This document shows positions 38,953 through 51,724 of a DNA stretch of 64,000 nucleotides, in pieces. The stretch's first letter is position 1. Each line of letters starts with the position of its first letter. Below the pieces are notes generated by a model. The model was not told the DNA's origin and searched no databases. It saw nothing but the letters and a program-made list of their open reading frames with translations. The position numbers and the translations under genes were made by a program. Source of the stretch: Eledone cirrhosa (taxonomy: Eukaryota); contig OZ024742.1 of NCBI GenBank assembly GCA_964016885.1, forward strand, positions 40,238,001 to 40,302,000. The letters run 5' to 3'.

Positions 38953-39063
38953 CTTCCCAGCCAATAACTGCAAGAGGAAGAATGTTGCATCTTTGGATCC
39001 AATACTGCTCATAAACCATTAAAATGGCAGCTAACATTTGTGACATGGCAATAAATAGTTCTC
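38953..39063 (-). CDS. SLC35F6: SLC35F6-like internal exon (G)ELFIAMSQMLAAILMVYEQYWIQRCNILPLAVIGWE(G)
   Basis: 111-nt exon, acceptor tttacag| and donor |gtaagc, phase 1-1, in frame with the previous exon. Resembles GDLLIIMAQIIVAIQMVLEEK...PLRAVGTEG. Confidence 0.85.
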
Positions 39064-39908
39064 CTGTAAATAGAAAGAGTAGAAAAGAAAAGCCAAGAAT
39101 TTTATCATAATTATTGATTTTTTAACATCGGTATATAGTCATAAATTTCGAAGAAGGATATGGTCAATTAAATCACCACAGTATTTGACTGATGCTTTAT
39201 TTTATTAACCCCTGGGAAGGTAAGTTAAGTAAAAAAGAGAAAAATATTCTAAATTTTCATAGAGAAATAGTGATGGAAATTGAATCAGCTGAAGTATATT
39301 ACTAGCAGTTATCTTTATGAACTAAACTATAGTTGATTGAAGAAAAAAGTTGGCTGCGCTGGGGTTTCAACTTTGAATAAACAGCCACAAAAAAAAGATA
39401 AATAAAAAAAATTAAAATTAAAATTAATTTTTCTTTTATCCTTTTCTTTAACTAAGTTCAACCATTAGTCTGCAGTCATGTTGAGGCATCACCTTGAAGG
39501 AGGTTAGTCACTAATACCAAGCCTTGTACTTATTTTTTGAAGTCTGGTACTTTATCAATCTGTTTTTGTTGAACTGCTGGGCTAGAGGACACAAACAAAC
39601 AGTAAATGTACACACAGACATAGAAACACACACACACATACTCACACATACATGTGCATACACACACAAACACATTGTGTGATGGCCAGAAGCTGTTCAA
39701 ATTTCTACATAGATTATTAATTTGTTCATTGTTGAGTTGGTATTTTAAACATAGTTAAACAAAATGTTCCTGTATCAAACTGAGTCGAACGATTCTAATA
39801 TAAATAGAAATTCTTTAATATTGGTGGTTTTTATCTTGTTTGACTAAAGGCAGTGTGGGTGGGATAGTATCAAAATGGTTAATACAGTGATATGAAAAGA
39901 TGACCTAC

Positions 39909-40085
39909 CTGCAACAACTGAATATTTTTGGATTTTGTCTCCCTCTTCAATTCTGTTGTAAAGGTTTGGTAATCCAACTATGACAAGACCAATGACAATG
40001 AGAAATATGCCCAACCACTTCTGTTTTGACAGAGAAAGGCCAAAGAATGCCACAGACAGCAATGAGACAAAAATCAGCATCACAC
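39909..40085 (-). CDS. SLC35F6: SLC35F6-like transporter, internal exon (G)VMLIFVSLLSVAFFGLSLSKQKWLGIFLIVIGLVIVGLPNLYNRIEEGDKIQKYSVVA(G)
   Basis: 177-nt exon with acceptor tttacag| and donor |gtaggt, phase 1-1. The peptide resembles my recalled SLC35F6 segment GAVIIFTGLFSVAFLGRRL..QWLGI...IAGLVVVGL. Confidence 0.85.
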
Positions 40086-43000
40086 CTGTAAAGGTAAATA
40101 CATAAATAGAATTGCATACATATATACATATATATACATACATAATACATACATAAATGTATACATGCATACATATATGCAAGCCTGCATATATACATAT
40201 GTACAAAGATACACACTCAACTCATAGACATGAATAAACTGAGTCAGAATCATTAAAAATTCATAAATGTATGTATAGAAAATAAATATTAAACAATGAT
40301 TATGATGCATATATGTATACATACATGTGTATATATATATGTATGTGTATATATGTGTGTGTGCAAGAGTATGTATTTATTATCTATGTATGTATATATA
40401 TCAATGAAAACCTGCAATAAATACACTCTGTAGCCCATAAGAGGTTACACATATGTATGTTTCTTGTAAACTTGAGAATGATGCAATATTAACATGTTGT
40501 GAAGCCTTTCTTTGACTCATGGCCAACAGATTTTGGTGGTTATTCTCTTGAAATCCAAGAACAGAAGATAGTTACAAAATACCTAATGAACAAAAAAAAA
40601 AAAAGAAATATTGAAGCCATTACATCCCCAAGATACAACCAAAAATGTTGATTTTGTCACATTCTTGTGGAAGATCTCTTACATATCTGTAGCAGTGCAA
40701 AGATAACATCAATATACTACCTTCCAAAGCTGCATAATGTTCTTGCTAAAACAATATATAATGCCATATAAGATTGCTCTCGGATAAATATAAAGAATAC
40801 AACTGCTATTGAATATATAGATACACACAAATGCATAAAATATTACTGGAACATTCCCACAAAAACTTCCATGAAATACAAACAAGATATAACAGGCCTA
40901 GTATAATTATTTGGGAAACAAAAGAAAAATTATGTACAATAATGGTTTCTGATTTAGGCACAAGGCCAACAATTTTAGAGGAGGGGAGAAAGTCAATTAA
41001 ATCGACCCCAGTGCATTACCAGTGCTTTATTTCATCAACCCCGCAAGGATGAAAGGCAAAGCTAACTTCGGTGGGATTTGAACTCACTGAGGTTATGTAC
41101 AATAATGGAGGTCAGCTTGCCTGTGAATGGGCATAATTCTTCCAAAATCAGTGAGAAAAAGTGTATTTAAAGACAATTACTTTGAAATCTTAAGATATTC
41201 TACTTCAACTAAAACTTCACATTTATATTGATACTTATTGCTGAGCTTCATCAATATGCCATCATCATTTATATGTCTGCTTTCTATGAGGGCAAGAGTA
41301 GATGGGCTGGATTGACCTCATCTCTTCCATACATTCCTTATTTAGCATGGTTTATATGGATTGATGCTCTTCCTAACACCAATTACCTACAGGGTGTATT
41401 TTATCAATGCACTAGCACAGCCACTTTACAGAATAGACTGGGTGTATTTTATCATGGCACCAAGACAGTTACAATCTGAAAAAGCCAAGGTTTTCACAGA
41501 AAGAAAAAATTGTCTGTAAATGGAACAATAAATATGTTTAATATGCAACTCTTCACCATTGTTGTTATCTAGATTCCAGTGACAGAGAAACATTTCTTTA
41601 TTACAAACCAACTACCACTATATATATATCATTAGCGGTGGATTGGCAGTATCGGTAGAGGGTCAGACGCCATGCTTTCCAGCATAGTTACGTCCCTTTA
41701 CGATCTGAGTTCAAATCCCGCCGAGATTGACTTTGCCTTTCATCCTTACGGGGTCGATAAAATAAAGTACCAGTAATGCACTGGGTAATTGCTGGCCTTG
41801 TGCCTAAAGTAGAAACAATTATTAACATCATCCCACTTCATGTCAAGTTTGCAGGCTTGTATGGGTTAAACAGGTTGTCACATTCTGAGACTCTACAAAT
41901 CAAGTAATCGTGTTTAGCTCATACATTACATTTTGGCTTAGTTTCTATTGCTGGATGCTCTTCCTAACACCAACTACTTTACTGTGTGTACTGTGAGCAT
42001 TTTATAGTTGTGCCAGCACTACCACTTCACAATGTCGACTGGGAGCATTTTACCATGGTACTAACACAATCACCTTACAGAGTGGGCCTGGTACATATAA
42101 TTGTGACACCAGCGCTATTCCATTACAGCACTAGGGTGATCATGTGTGTTGGACAGCTGTTGGTTAAAATGACAAGAGTAGCAATTGTTTTTGCACAATG
42201 GGACAGCTTGCTGATGAGCTTAAGTACTCTTTAATGTAGTTTTCAGGGAGGTTCAATGCGACACAATGTGTGACCAAGCTGGGCCTTTAAATCACAAGTA
42301 CAACTCATTTTCACCCAACTGAGTAACTGGAACAATATGAAATAGAGTGTCTAACTGAAGGATGCCATGTGTTGCTTAGAAGCAAGATGATGAGCTTATT
42401 AATGTGAGCTGAATGCTCTAACCAATAAACTATATCTCTTCATCATTAGCAGTATCGGTAGAGGGTCGGGCGCCATGCTTTGAATCATAGAGTTACTTCC
42501 CTTTATGATCTGAGTTCAAATCCCGCTGAGGTTAACTTTGCCTTTCATCCTTATGGGGTCGATAAAATAAAGTACCAGTAATGTACTGGGTAATTGCTGG
42601 CCTTGTGCCTAAAATAGAAACAATTATCATGTTATGCCTAGCTGGCATGCATTGGACAGGTTGCCATGGTCTGAGGATAGACAGGTCAAATAGACATCAT
42701 CTTCCACTTATGTTCTATATTTGATATGGTTTCTATAGTTCGACATATAATAGCAACTAAAATATTAAAAATAAAAGCATTGATAAATGCCATAAATCAA
42801 TATGTAGATGAAATAGAAGAAAATCCAAAATGATAAAAAAACAAAAAAAAAAACAATGTTTCTTCAATATTTTTTATTCAGTAGGATTGAATCATAAATA
42901 AAGTTTCATGAAGAAACATTAAATTTACTGTTTGTTTTCCTCATACACGGCTTTACATGAAAGAAAACAATAATAAAAACTTAGATGTTGAAACATGCTT

Positions 43001-43126
43001 TTCTAGGATTGCATCATAGCCATAAAAATGCAGAAATATATCACAGAGCTGCCATATATTTCCTATCAATGATGTATATATATATAGGTATAAATATGTA
43101 TATATAGCCATATTGATATATGTATA

Positions 43127-43169
<43 letters not shown>

Positions 43170-43174
<5 letters not shown>

Positions 43175-44405
43175 CCTGGCTAAGACTAAAGTTCTAGTTT
43201 GTAGGAAAGAAAATAAGGCGGCGGTCCCTTCCGGGAAATGGCCATGCTCAGTGTGTAGGAAAGGCATAGGTAGAAACTCCATTTTATGTCCCAAATGCAA
43301 AGTATGGGTGCATAAAAGATGTAGTGGGATCACAGGTAAGCTAACTAAGAACATAGATTTTACATGTGGCCGGTGCTCTGGTGCAATAAGTAGCAGCAAG
43401 TGCACACAAAATACTAGCTCTTTCAACTGCGCAGAGGGCTCTATAGAAATAGTGGACAGCTTCCGTTACCTGGGTGACAAAATCAGCAGTGGGGGAGGGT
43501 GCTCTGAAAGTACAGTAGCTTGTGTCAGAACTGGATGGAAAAAGTTCAGAGAGCTTATACCACTATTAGCCGCTAAAGGGTTCTCCCTAAAAATGAAAGG
43601 CAGGTTGTATGATGCCTGCATACGAACAGCAAGGTTGCATGGCAGTGAGACCTGGGCATTGTGTGCAGAGGATATACGCAGACTAGAGAGGAACGAAGCT
43701 TGCATGCTCCGCTGGATGTGTAATAGTAATATACGTGAACGGCAAAGCATAAACGAACTAAGGAAAAAATTAGAAATAAGAGGGATCAGATGTTGTTTAC
43801 TCGAGAGAAGGCTACGTTGGTATGGACACGTGATGCGCATGAAAGTCGATAGCTGTATAACAAAGTGCAGGGCAATAAAGATAGACGGTAGCCACGGAAT
43901 AGGCAGACCTAGAAAAACCTGGGACGAGCTGATAAACTCCGACCTCACACACTTACACCTCTCCAAGACAATGTCACTGGACCGAGACCTTTGGCGGTAC
44001 TCAGTAATAGAGAAGACCCGCCTTACCTAAATACATAGTAAAACCTACTACAGTCAGTAGGCATCTCTAACAAAATACACCCCCATCCACACCACCCCCT
44101 TCTATGTAAAGTTATGTTGGTGCCACACCATCCAGGCCGAAACAAATGAGATCGTGTAGGTGTCACAACAAAAAAACACACAGTCCACGCTGTAATGTGG
44201 CCGTGTAGGCAACACGGTAAAAACCTCCCAGACCCACACTGTAAATGTGGTTGGTGTTAGGAAGGGCATCCAGCTGTAGAAAACCTGCCAGACAGTCCTA
44301 TGCGAGCAAGACAATCACTCTTGCCTCAAGTGGGAAAACCCCCGTCCAAACCGATGCAAGCGTGGAACACGGACGTTAAACGTTGATGATGATGATGATG
44401 ATGAT
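43170..44405 (+). mobile_element. 5'-truncated copy of the same RTE family (open frame)
   Basis: INLAKTKVLVC...EKTRLT is uninterrupted, followed by the 3' UTR and (TGA)n tail. It sits in (TA)n. Confidence 0.95.
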
Positions 44406-45649
44406 ATATATATATATATATACACATATATATAATTTATTCTAGGTAAAACCAAAGATTATAATTCAAATTATTATATTAATTTCAACATCCGTTTCAA
44501 TTTAATAAAATGTAATTGCAAACATCAATAATAATTTGCAGATTAATTAATGAATTAAATCAACAAACATTGCAATTGCATATCACAAATCTCCCCAGGG
44601 GAATGGATGTCCCCAAATACGAGCTAAAACAGATGATAACAGGCATAAAGTGAAAAGAAGTTTTTTTAAAACCCTAATATGAGAGATAGATTCAAAAACA
44701 AGGCAGTGAAAAGCATTAATGTTTAGTATTATACAATGGGATTTAAGTAAGAATAAGATATGTCCTCATGCTGTAATTTCAGTTCCTGTATCCAAACACA
44801 AGTATAATATACTTACAAACTTAACATTTTGTAGCATGTTCATTTGAACGTATAACATATTTGTTCAAAGACTGCTTACCATTAGACTAGTTACCATTTA
44901 TGGCAGTGTAACGTTATTACGGTTGGTATATGAAACAGCGGCTAGAAGTGTGTTGGCCCACAGAAGTGATAGGAAGAAAGGAGAAAAGGAAGAAAATGAA
45001 CGAGATAAGATCACAAAAATTTTATGAAAGAAATAGCCAAAAAACCTTAGGCCATGATATCAGCTATTTCTTTCCCCATTTCCTTTTTTCCCTTCTTTCA
45101 TTCTTTCTCTCTATCCCCCACTCTTCCTTCCTATTACTGCTTTTTTTTCTTTTCTTCTCTCTTCTCCTACCTGCTGCTCTTGCTACCACCTCCACGGCCA
45201 GTGCTTTTGTTGTCCTTTCTAGCAGTGACCTGATAATTTGTTCATTTTTCATGCAAACATCATACCAACAGAAATATTTATTTTTCTGTTGCACGAGCTG
45301 ACAATTTTATGTGGTACTCTTAAGTTAAATTGTGTGAAGCCACAGTCAGTCTAAGTGTTGATGAAGTATGTAAAACTTTTTGTGTGATCTTGTCTCAACC
45401 ATTTTCTTCCTTTTCTCCTTTCTTCCTATCACTTCTGTGGGCCAACACACTTCTAGCTGCTGATTTTTGTCCTTTGAGGTAAATTTTAGCCGATGCTGTC
45501 ATTGACGGCATTTTGCTGTTTTAACAGCTTCCTTGCATTGAGTTCTTCTCATTATTCTATGAATTCTAATACACTCACACTTCAAACTTGATCTTCGAGA
45601 TAACTTTGTTTTTGTATATATATTAATATATACACACACACATATATAT

Positions 45650-45682
<33 letters not shown>

Positions 45683-47199
45683 ATTATATGAATCAAGAAA
45701 CAGAACTGTGATCAAGCTATTTCTTTATATTTTTTATTAAGATTATTTTGAATTTTGTTATTATTCTTAATAATCACTATTCGTTTATAACAATGAGTCA
45801 ATTGCAAAACATTACATTAGACTAGACAAAATAAAACTAAATTGAAAAATATTAGTTGATAATGCAACATTCTCATAGAATTCCCCCACTCTCAAAAATA
45901 ATTTAATGGAATATTAATGAAAACTATATTAATAAAAGAATACAATGCAAAGCATTAAACAGTTAATGCACTCTAATAATAAAGACCACTTCCTGGTTGC
46001 TGAAACAAACCTGAAATTAACAGTCAATAATTAAAATGCTTGAATGATATCAGCATCATTAAAACATAACAATCCCTTAATTGCAGCCTTTTATAAAATG
46101 ACAATAAATGGCAACACCAATAACCATTTCAATCAGAATGAGTCATCAAGAAAACCTCTGCGTTGTCCCCCAGAATGCTAAGAATAGCAGGTAATTTTTC
46201 TTTCACATCAAACCATTACTGCCTTAAACTAAGATGGATACATTGGTCAATATAATCTCTGCTATACACGGAGTTGAAACACATTTGACCATTAATCTGA
46301 TCTGGGGTTAAACAAGAAGCGTATCAAGTTCACTCATAAGGTAAATCCATGAAAGTCCAAATATATTGATGTATCTAGGGGTTAGAAATTTCTTTCATTT
46401 TGCCCTATCATCTGCATTCTACTTCACTGGACCCATTGCTTTCATTTCTTCTTCCATAATTTTTAGCTTCCTTCGTCTTCCTCTACTTCTTTCCAACACT
46501 ACTATCAACTAGTCATCTTTCCTTAACTCAACTCAGGGACAAAAACAAAAACAACATAAACTGCATGCCTTCAGATTGCCTAAAATGATAGTCAATTAAA
46601 TGGACACTAGTACATGACTGGTATCTTATTTTATCAACACCAGAATAATAAAAGGCAAACATTGACCATAGCAGAACTTGAAATCATATGTAATGAGCTG
46701 TAACTAAATATTGTAGGATATTCAGTTTGATGTTTTATTGTTTTTACTATCTATCAGCCTTATTAGCCAGAATATCAATATAACAATATATTATTAGTAT
46801 TATAAACAGTATTGTAAATAATGAAACAGTATAGTTTATATGAAGAAATGAAGAAATATGAAGAAATATAAGGTAAAAGTATATAAACTATTGTGTTTTG
46901 TAAATAATTATAATTCAAATATTATATCTATATTTATATTCCCCTTTTCAACCTTGGTTATAAATTGAGAGATGGCAGAGGTTTCCACAGTAATAATCTG
47001 GAAAAAGATATAAATACCCATGGCTGGATTAAAACAGAGGCCCTAAGCACTGAAGAGATTATGGTACACCCATATAATGTATATGGAAAAAATGTATATA
47101 CTGTAATGGGTAAAAACTCCATGGAACCCTTTACTTGAGGCCTCATGCATGTAATTATTTTGTTTAATGGTTAATCTGGGGCTGATTATATACCCAGCA

Positions 47200-47770
47200 G
47201 CAGCACCGCCGTCACCACCACCACAATAACAGCAGCATCAACAACAACAGCAACATCAATACCACCATCAACACTATCTCCATCACCATCTCAATCAATT
47301 CTGTAAGTAGTACCATCACCACCACAATGACTACCACAACCAACAATAACAATGCTACCATCACCAATATCTCCACCACTACCACCATCAATACTATCTC
47401 CACCACCATCATCACCATATCCCCTACCACCACCAACAACAACAATGCTAGCAGCAGCAGCAGCAGCAGCAACCACAATACTATCACCACTACCACCACC
47501 ACCACCACCACTACCAACACCACCACCACCACCACCACCACCACCAACAACAACAATGCTAGCAGCAGCAGCAGCAGCAACCACAACACTATCACCACTA
47601 CCAACACCACCACCACCACCGCCGCCACCACCACCACCATCAAAATTAAAAATTGCAGTAGCAATAACAAAAATAACAGCAACTACTACCGCCTCCACTT
47701 CCTCCCTCCTCTCCACCATCTCCAATACCATCTCCACCATCACCACTATTAATATTATCATCAACATTGA
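47200..47770. repeat. (CCA)/(CAA)/(CAG) low-complexity tract
   Basis: Seen directly. Confidence 0.85.
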
Positions 47771-47774
47771 TCAC

Positions 47775-48520
47775 TCCCACCACCACCACTTCTACATTCA
47801 CTGACACTATCACCCCAGCCCCACCACCACAATTACCACTGACACCCTCCCACCACCACCACTTCTACATTCACTAACACTATCACCCCATCCCCACCAC
47901 CACAATTACCACTGACACCCTCCCACCACCACCACCACTTCTACATTCACTAACACTATCACCCCATCCCCACCACCACAATTACCACTGACACCCTCCC
48001 ACCACCACCACTTCTACATTCACTAACACTATCACCCCATCCCCACCACCACAATTACCACTGACACCCTCCCACCACCACCACTTCTACATTCACTAAC
48101 ACTATCACCCCATCCCCACCACCACAATTACCACTGACACCCTCCCACCACCACCACTTCTACATTCACTAACACTATCACCCCATCCCCACCACCACAA
48201 TTACCACTGACACCCTCCCACCACCACCACTTCTACATTCACTAACACTATCACCCCATCCCCACCACCACAATTACCACTGACACCCTCCCACCACCAC
48301 CACTTCTACATTCACTAACACTATCACCCCATCCCCACCACCACAATTACCACTGACACCCTCCCACCACCACCACTTCTACATTCACTAACACTATCAC
48401 CCCATCCCCACCACCACAATTACCACTGACACCCTCCCACCACCACCACTTCTACATTCACTAACACTATCACCCCATCCCCACCACCACAATTACCACT
48501 GACACCCTCCCACCACCACT
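47775..48520. repeat. 73-bp minisatellite, about 10 near-identical copies
   Basis: Unit CACTGACACCCTCCCACCACCACCACTTCTACATTCACTAACACTATCACCCCATCCCCACCACCACAATTAC. Unit starts at 48351 and 48424. Confidence 0.95.
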
Positions 48521-48544
48521 ACCACCTTCACAATCACCATTACT

Positions 48545-49422
48545 ATCACCCCATTTGCACCACTACTAACACTGCCAACACCACCACTACTACCACCACT
48601 ACCACAACCACCACTGTTTTCACCAAAACTACATCCTTCACTACCACCACTACCACCACCACCACTACCACCACCGCCATCTCCACAACCACCCCCACCA
48701 CTTTCACCACCATTGCTTTCACCAAAACTACATCCTTCACCACCACTACAACCACCACCTCGACCCCCACCACCACTACAACCACTACTACAACCACTAC
48801 AACCACCATCATCACTGCTGCCTTCACCACCACCACTACCACCACCACCTTGACCACCACTACTACAACCACTACAACCACCATCACCACCACTGCCTTC
48901 ACCAAAACTACATCCTTCACCACCACTACCACCACCACTACCACCACCACCATCACCACCACTGCCTTCACCAAAACTACATCATTCACCACCACTACCA
49001 CCACCACTACCACCACCACCATCACCGCCACCGCCTTCACCAAAACTACATCCTTCACCACCACTACAACCACCACCGCCACTACTACTACCACTGCCAT
49101 TACCACCACCACCACCACTACTACCACCACCACCATCACCGCCATTGCCTTCACCAAAACTACATCCTTCACCACCACTACCACCACCACTACAACCACC
49201 ACCGCCACTACTACTACCACTGCCATTACCACCACCACCACCACTACTACCACCACCACCATCACCGCCATTGCCTTCACCAAAACTACATCCTTCACCA
49301 CCACTACCACCACCACTACAACCACCACCGCCACTACTACTACCACTGCCATTACCACCACCACCACCACTACTACCACCACCACCATCACCGCCACTGC
49401 CTTCACCAAAACTACATCCTTC
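48545..49422. repeat. (CCA/CTA)-derived minisatellite with recurring TTCACCAAAACTACATCCTTC
   Basis: The motif recurs at 60- and 120-bp spacing. Confidence 0.9.
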
Positions 49423-49721
49423 AATATTGCTGAGTAAATGGAGTGCATGCGTATAACTGCAGCTAAAACTTATTTCACTCCGCAGTAATGTACTTAGCCA
49501 TGATATTTAATTATGATAACTATCACTAATCAGTATATGTATATATATAGATTAACGTTCATTTGATAGAGTACTACGTAAATATAGGCACTCTAGTAAA
49601 TTATCTCACACAAATTACATACACACAGAAATGCACACATATATATGTATACACACATACATACAATATTGATTCGTAATTATTTTGCATGCTTTCCCAC
49701 ATTTCTACATATATATGCATC

Positions 49722-49782
<61 letters not shown>

Positions 49783-50897
49783 TTCTGAAGTGCTGAGACC
49801 AAGGAAACCACTAATCATGGGAGTACTCAATACATGGGGAGATGCAGAGTGGGTGTGTAAAATCCTGATCGCAGCACTTTTCTTAGTCTACCTTTACCAC
49901 AATTACCTTCCACTGGCATTTCCTGGCACTTATTCACCCAATGATCAGTCCATGCACATCACATCTCCATACTAATGCAGTATTCTCTCCCGTACAATGC
50001 CTCGAATTCTTCTTAAAACCACCTTCTTCCTCAATTCATCCAAGCTCTGCCTTTCTCTCGCACTTACATTACACATCCAACAGAGCATGGTTGCTTCATT
50101 TCTCTTCCATCTATACATGTTCTCTGCAGTCACAGCCCATGCTCCACTATCATGCAACATCACACTTTGCACACAGGCATCATACAGTCATTGTTAGCAA
50201 GGATTGGCTGGGTCCATATAGGCCAAGTCAGTACTGAAGCGGAGCCACTGATCTTCCAGGCAGGCCAGGGGGCCTGTGAACTTATGTACAGTCTCATGTT
50301 CCATCGAGTGCTCAGGAGAGTTTGTCATGCCTTTGACACAACTGACGGTCCTTCTGACCCTTTGTCTGGTAAAGTCTCTATGGCTGAAAGCCCTTCTTAT
50401 CACCAACCACTTTACAGTGTGTACTAGGTGTGTTTATTAGGTAGATCAGCAACATTAGGGAGGCTGTCATGTCCATGATACAACTGAAGCGTCCTCCAAA
50501 CCCTTTGTTTGTTTGCTTAGCAAGCTCTCCAACTGTAGAAATCTTACCAAACAAAGGGTTGGGAGAACATGCTGTTGTGTCAAAGATATAACAACCTCTC
50601 CTGTGCATTCGGTGGAACATTGAATGTTCTTAAGTGAGACACAGATCCCAGGCCTTCCTGGTAGATCATTGGCTTCACTTCAGTACTGATTTGGTCGAAC
50701 CCTTGCTAGCAGGGAAAGCAGACATTAAAATAAAACCTTCTCATACACATTAGCAGCTAGTACATTTCTTCCTATATATCTTAATTAATTATTAACATGA
50801 GTCTAATAATATGCAAATTAGTATGTTCATTTCAGACTAATACTAAGAGGGAATGGGTATATATACCCATAAAATACATTCATTTATTATATTTTGA

Positions 50898-50955
50898 ATA
50901 CCTGATGATATCACCGGATTCATACGGAACCCAGTCATTGAAATGATCATAGTAT
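50898..50955 (+). ncRNA. Hammerhead ribozyme, eroded stem II
   Basis: ATAC-CTGATGA-(imperfect hairpin)-GAAA-TGATCAT-A-GTAT, then AATAAA. Confidence 0.65.
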
Positions 50956-51021
50956 AATAAACCTTTCAAGGATTTACACAAGTCCAGCCTCTTGTTATTT
51001 TATTATAATATATATATATAT

Positions 51022-51226
51022 ATAGGAACAAGTAAGACCCCGACGGCAGAGCTCAAGCCGTTTCGACGGCTAATTCTGGACTTTTCATGAGTCCAGAATT
51101 AACCGTCGAAACGGCTTGAGCTCTGCCGTCGGGGTCTTACTTGTTCCTATTACCCACTCTACTACCCTAAGTATTGAGTACTTTGGTGCATTATGGTCCA
51201 TCTGGTTCCTTACCACATTTCCTTCG

Positions 51227-51229
<3 letters not shown>
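51022..51229 (-). repeat. About 200-bp palindromic interspersed element (3 copies)
   Basis: 61-bp arms 51022-51082 / 51090-51150 (1 mismatch) plus a unique tail. Same family at 2466-2665 and 27411-27583 on +, all next to (TA)n. Confidence 0.85.
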
Positions 51230-51265
<36 letters not shown>

Positions 51266-51313
51266 GCGATGCAGAGTGCATACCGCCTATGGAAGCATCT
51301 TAGCTACCATCAG

Positions 51314-51345
<32 letters not shown>

Positions 51346-51636
51346 GTGTCTGATCGTAGCTAAGATGCTTCCATAGGCGGTATGCCGGTTGAGCACTCTA
51401 TGCTCTTACAGAGCAGAGTATGATAGAATAGAAAACGAAAAATCAGTGATGCATCTGAAGTCAATTTATTGAGTGTTACAATTGTTTTGCTGGCGGACAG
51501 CTCGAGACACGATCATTGTGTGGATCTGTCTGATTCTGGACCCGCAGGTTCGACGGACACGACTCGAGCTGTCCGCCGGCGAAACAATTGTAACACACAA
51601 TAAATTGAGTTCAGATGCATCACTGATTTTTCGTTT

Positions 51637-51724
<88 letters not shown>

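Noticed and set aside
44811-44910. Possible upstream SLC35F6 exon (MVTSLM / MLYVQMNM); also QLCDIF near 43040
   Set aside because: Similarity is only a few residues, with in-frame stops nearby and no consistent splice sites or phase.
47775-48520. CRISPR-like regular array
   Set aside because: The units are contiguous and identical, with no unique spacers and no cas genes, in a eukaryotic context. It is a minisatellite.
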